A stretch of DNA of 32,769 bases from assembly GCA_964566685.1 (NCBI GenBank), contig CAZMKB010000006.1, positions 1-32,769 on the forward strand. The letters are read 5' to 3'. Under the pieces are notes generated by a model. The model did no database searches and was not told the origin of the DNA. It was given only the letters and a program-made list of their open reading frames with translations. Below, piece after piece: positions 29,896 through 32,769 of this stretch (positions are counted from its first letter, which is position 1; each line of letters opens with the position of its first letter). The stretch is from an uncultured Gemmatimonadota bacterium (GTDB lineage Bacteria; Gemmatimonadota; CAZMKB01). A program made the translations under genes and the position numbers.

Positions 29896-31479
29896 TTACG
29901 CTCCGTGATCTATCTCCTCGGCATCCAGGATCGCTCTCAGATCGTCGACTGTCGTGTCCGCTCCGGCGCACTCTTCGTCATGCACCGGCGGCGTGCCTTC
30001 TTCATCGAACCGGATCTTCAGAAAAACATTCTTTCCGCACACGCTCGACATGCACTCGTTCATCAGAGAGACGTGTGCAGGGTGCTCGAGCTGCTCCCTG
30101 GTGAAAGAGTTCATGCATCCCGCCCGCAGGGTAAACATCTCTCCGTCGAATGCCAGCGGTTCCGCGCGGGCCAGGAGCCCGAACAGAGTGACTTTCTTCC
30201 GCCTGATCGTTTCCATGAAAAACCGCCAGATCTCGGTCGCGTCACTGCTTTGGACCACCTTCCCGCCGGGATTCTTCCGGGGATTCGAGCCCTCGTTCTT
30301 CACCTTCCCCGCCGCGTTACCCCGGCTCACCTTCTCCGGGCTCTTCCGACCGCCGCCCGTGTCCTTCTCCAGGGAGATGAACCTGAGAAGCATCGTTTCG
30401 AGCATGACCCTCTTGAGTTCGGAATTCCTGAAGAGCTCCCTGGAGAGGGACAGACGGTCGAACATGTCGAACAGGCGCGCTGTCTCGAACTGCGGCAGGA
30501 TGTCCCGGTATTCCGCAATGATGGAGTCCGGCACCTCGAACACGTCCTCCTGCTCGTCCCCCTGCATGAGAACGATGAGATTCCGGATGTGCTCGATGAG
30601 CCCGTCGTAGAGCTCGCAGAGATCGATCCCGCTCAGTGCGACTCTGCCGAGAAGACCGATCACCGTCTTCCCTTCACCGGCGGCGATGCCCTTCAGCAGA
30701 TTCACATACAGTTCATCCTCGACCATACCGGTGACGACGAAGACGTCGTTCGCATCGAAGCCGCCCCCGGCAAACGCACGCAGCTGATCGAAAAGGCTCA
30801 GTGCATCACGGAGGCTGCCTTTCGCCTTTCTTGCGATGGCGTAGCGTGTTTCCTCGCTGAGCTCCAGGCCCTCATGGCCGGCGATCCGGCTCAGATAAGC
30901 CGCAATCGCCGACCTGCCGACCTCCCGGAAATCGAACCGCTGGCACCTGGACAAGATCGTCAGAGGAACCTTCCGGGGCTCGGTCGTCGCAAAGATGAAC
31001 ATGACTCTGTCGGGGGGTTCTTCGAGAGTTTTCAGAAGAGCGTTGAACGCCTCGTTCGTCAGCATGTGCACTTCGTCGATGATGTAGACCTTCGTCGTCG
31101 CCTTGCCGGGTGCATACCCGACCTTCTGCCGGAGATCCCTGACGTCGGCGATCCTCCTGTTCGAAGCTCCGTCTATCTCGATGATGTCGAGCGCTCTGCC
31201 CTCCCTTATCTCGACGCACATGTCGCACTCGTCGCACGGCTCTGCACCGTCGCGCGAGCTGCAGTTGACCGCCTTCGCCAGGATCCTCGCCATCGTCGTC
31301 TTCCCCACACCCCTCGGCCCCGCGAACAGATAGGCGTGCGACAGCCTTCCCTGAACGATCGCGTTCCGGAGAGTCGTGGAAACGTGTTCCTGCGAGAGAA
31401 CCTCGCTGAAGAGACCCGGCCGGTATTTCCTGGCACTCACCAGTGCTGTTTCGACAGGTATCAGAGAATCATTCTTCAT
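29896..31479 (-). CDS. dnaX: DNA polymerase III subunit tau (gamma/tau family clamp-loader ATPase)
   Basis: 527 aa. Motifs: ARKYRPGLFSEVLSQEHV, Walker A GPRGVGKTT, Zn module CSSRDGAEPCDECDMCVEI, Walker B VYIIDEVHML, and SRC motif ILSRCQRF. Confidence 0.92.
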   Translation of the reverse strand: MKNDSLIPVETALVSARKYRPGLFSEVLSQEHVSTTLRNAIVQGRLSHAYLFAGPRGVGKTTMARILAKAVNCSSRDGAEPCDECDMCVEIREGRALDIIEIDGASNRRIADVRDLRQKVGYAPGKATTKVYIIDEVHMLTNEAFNALLKTLEEPPDRVMFIFATTEPRKVPLTILSRCQRFDFREVGRSAIAAYLSRIAGHEGLELSEETRYAIARKAKGSLRDALSLFDQLRAFAGGGFDANDVFVVTGMVEDELYVNLLKGIAAGEGKTVIGLLGRVALSGIDLCELYDGLIEHIRNLIVLMQGDEQEDVFEVPDSIIAEYRDILPQFETARLFDMFDRLSLSRELFRNSELKRVMLETMLLRFISLEKDTGGGRKSPEKVSRGNAAGKVKNEGSNPRKNPGGKVVQSSDATEIWRFFMETIRRKKVTLFGLLARAEPLAFDGEMFTLRAGCMNSFTREQLEHPAHVSLMNECMSSVCGKNVFLKIRFDEEGTPPVHDEECAGADTTVDDLRAILDAEEIDHGA

Positions 31480-31608
31480 CGGACTCGATCCCAGCCCCTG
31501 GATCGGAACTTCCGTGTTGTCAACACGTTCCGGCGAACATCGAATCGGTGGCCGGTCTGTCCGGCGGTGAGATGTATTCCGGGAGAGATCACGACCTCGG
31601 ATTTTGCT

Positions 31609-31637
31609 ATACTAACACCTGTCCAAATCGATGTCAA
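31609..31637 (-). promoter_or_regulatory. Sigma70-type promoter candidate for dnaX-ybaB-recR
   Basis: Minus strand reads TTGACA (31637-31632, overlapping the upstream TGA stop), a 17-nt spacer, then TAGTAT (31614-31609). This implies a leader of roughly 120 nt. Confidence 0.45.
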
Positions 31638-32704
31638 GGCACTCCCGCACCGGTATCGGCACGCAGAGCCCGGAGGTTCTCGCGGGCCGCCCGAAAGCCC
31701 GGCTTGAGCCGCACCGCCTCCATGAAGTGGCGCTCGGCTTCCTCTCTCTTTCCCTCCCCGGCGAGGAGGAGGCCGAGACTGTTGTGGGCGCCGGCATGAT
31801 GCGGCGCTCTCTCGAGCACGTCGAACAGGCACTCCTTCGCCTCTTCGGTGCGGCCGAGAGCCGCGAGCGACTGTCCTCTGGCGAAGAGGATGTCGGGATC
31901 GGAAGGATTCAGAGAGAGAGCATTCTCGAAGTGCTCCAGCGCCTCGTCGAACTCTCCTGTCCGGTGGAGAGCCACTCCGAGGTTGTAGTGCGCCCTGGGC
32001 TGGTTCCGATTCACGGCCAGTGCGCGCCGGTACTCCCGGATGGCGGCTTCGAAGTTCCCCGTCCGGGCCAGTGCGAACCCGCGGTTGACATAGGGTTCCG
32101 CATAGGTTGGTTTGATCTCCGTTGCTCTGCGGAAATGCTCGAGCGCCTCGGAGGTTCTTCCCTGCCTGTCGAGGGCGATTCCGAGGTTGTTGTGAGCCAC
32201 GTAGTTGCCGGTGGTGACGTGGATCGCGTGCCGGAACAGCCGGATCTCGTCCTGCCAGAAGCCGACCTGTCTTCTCGTCGCGAAGAAGCAGGCGACGACG
32301 ATCCCGATGGAAAGGACCGCGGACAGGGAGACACGAAACCGGTTCCCCGCCGCCCACCCGGCGATGACCCAGACGAATCCCGTGAAGAGTCCGACAGCGG
32401 GAAGGTAGAGGTAGCGGTCGGCCAGAGCCTGTGCTCCCTGCTGAACGAGGCCGATCACCGGCACCAGGATGCCGAGATACCAGAAGACACCGACGGCGAA
32501 GGCGGGGGAACGGCGGACGTACCTGACGGCCGGGAACAGGAGGAGCAGGATGAGGAGAACGGAACCGATGACGGTCCACAGGGGAAGTCTGTCCAGCGGG
32601 TGGGGATAGAAGACCGCGAGGTCAACGGGGATGATGAGCTTTCTGATGTAGGTGACGTACGAAACGACCACGTTTCCGAGACGAACATCGAGCCCGATAT
32701 CCAT
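31634..32704 (-). CDS. TMTC/DUF1736-like membrane protein with C-terminal TPR repeats; apparently lacks the N-terminal GT-C catalytic half
   Basis: 356 aa. N-terminus is VSYVTYIRKLIIPVDLAVFYPHP (DUF1736-like), then 4-5 TM helices and at least six TPRs (e.g. AHNNLGIALDRQGRTSEALEHFRRATEI, AHYNLGVALHRTGEFDEALEHFENAL). An in-frame stop lies at 32744-32746, so the ORF cannot extend further upstream. Confidence 0.7.
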   Translation of the reverse strand: MDIGLDVRLGNVVVSYVTYIRKLIIPVDLAVFYPHPLDRLPLWTVIGSVLLILLLLFPAVRYVRRSPAFAVGVFWYLGILVPVIGLVQQGAQALADRYLYLPAVGLFTGFVWVIAGWAAGNRFRVSLSAVLSIGIVVACFFATRRQVGFWQDEIRLFRHAIHVTTGNYVAHNNLGIALDRQGRTSEALEHFRRATEIKPTYAEPYVNRGFALARTGNFEAAIREYRRALAVNRNQPRAHYNLGVALHRTGEFDEALEHFENALSLNPSDPDILFARGQSLAALGRTEEAKECLFDVLERAPHHAGAHNSLGLLLAGEGKREEAERHFMEAVRLKPGFRAARENLRALRADTGAGVP

Positions 32705-32769
32705 CAGTGTACCGGCCCAAGTTTTATTTAAAAAATTTTCTTCCTATACTTCCTCGGACTGGGTGGTTA

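Noticed and set aside
29896-31479. Programmed -1 ribosomal frameshift site in dnaX (A AAA AAG type) producing a gamma subunit
   Set aside because: I found no A-rich slippery heptamer in the sense strand of the gene. The protein is also short (527 aa), consistent with a single product.
31480-31608. SRP RNA (ffs/4.5S), which often lies immediately upstream of dnaX
   Set aside because: I read both strands looking for the conserved helix-8 signature (GNRA tetraloop flanked by ...GGUCC GGAA GGAAGCAGC...) and found nothing resembling it. The hairpins present are short, and one is a DNA-type palindrome.
29533-31707. 724-aa ORF on the plus strand
   Set aside because: It is antisense to ybaB and dnaX. 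It is a high-GC antisense artefact, with Arg/Pro-rich content and no recognisable domains.
31631-32731. 366-aa ORF on the plus strand
   Set aside because: It is antisense to the TPR/DUF1736 gene, which shows genuine TPR and TM periodicity. The plus-strand product is low complexity.
1-32769. CRISPR arrays, rRNA or tRNA genes, sigma54 (-24/-12) promoters, and large direct or inverted repeats
   Set aside because: I saw no regularly spaced repeats, no tRNA-like T-arm or acceptor patterns in intergenic regions, and no TGGCAC-N5-TTGC match in intergenic regions. The search was by eye only, so small or degenerate elements could have been missed.

Overview
High-GC (roughly 60% by eye) bacterial chromosomal segment, almost entirely coding. 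I support 26 protein-coding genes, one frame-disrupted gene and one transposase relic. I saw no rRNA, tRNA or CRISPR array. From left to right: (i) a minus-strand block of exported hydrolases: a partial S8 subtilase missing from the ORF track, an AlkP/NPP-family lipoprotein, a minimal matrixin-like Zn protease and a small secreted protein. (ii) A GT-C (ArnT/PMT-like) glycosyltransferase fused to TPRs. (iii) A 1087-aa GGDEF(AGDEF)-P-loop NTPase(AAA_16/STAND-like)-TPR protein. (iv) A small secreted protein whose gene is split by a (TC)8 tract in its signal-peptide region, followed by a 13-Asp-box beta-propeller protein. (v) A lipoprotein DPP III-like (M49) peptidase with HExxH/EEAKAD motifs. (vi) A minus-strand run of rpoD-like sigma factor, terminator, promoter, coiled-coil/NEW3 membrane-anchored protein, ABC ATPase with no permease, two tandem histidine kinases and uppP. 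(vii) lepB, an aldehyde dehydrogenase, a DDE-transposase relic and an NtrC-type sigma54 activator. (viii) A housekeeping run of dnaX, ybaB, recR, MglA-like GTPase, pgsA, pgpA, cinA(pncC) and thpR. (ix) A TMTC/DUF1736-like TPR membrane protein that appears 5'-truncated next to an abrupt AT-rich window edge. Eight intergenic sites show TTGAC(A/T/G)-16/17 nt-TAnnnT promoter-like geometry in the correct orientation. The most noteworthy items are the (TC)8 frame switch, the GGDEF-STAND-TPR protein, a roughly 40-nt intergenic repeat present in four copies, a divergent MglA-like GTPase inside a phospholipid operon, and the permease-less ABC/NEW3/dual-kinase/uppP operon. All product calls come from motif recognition by eye; no database search was run.
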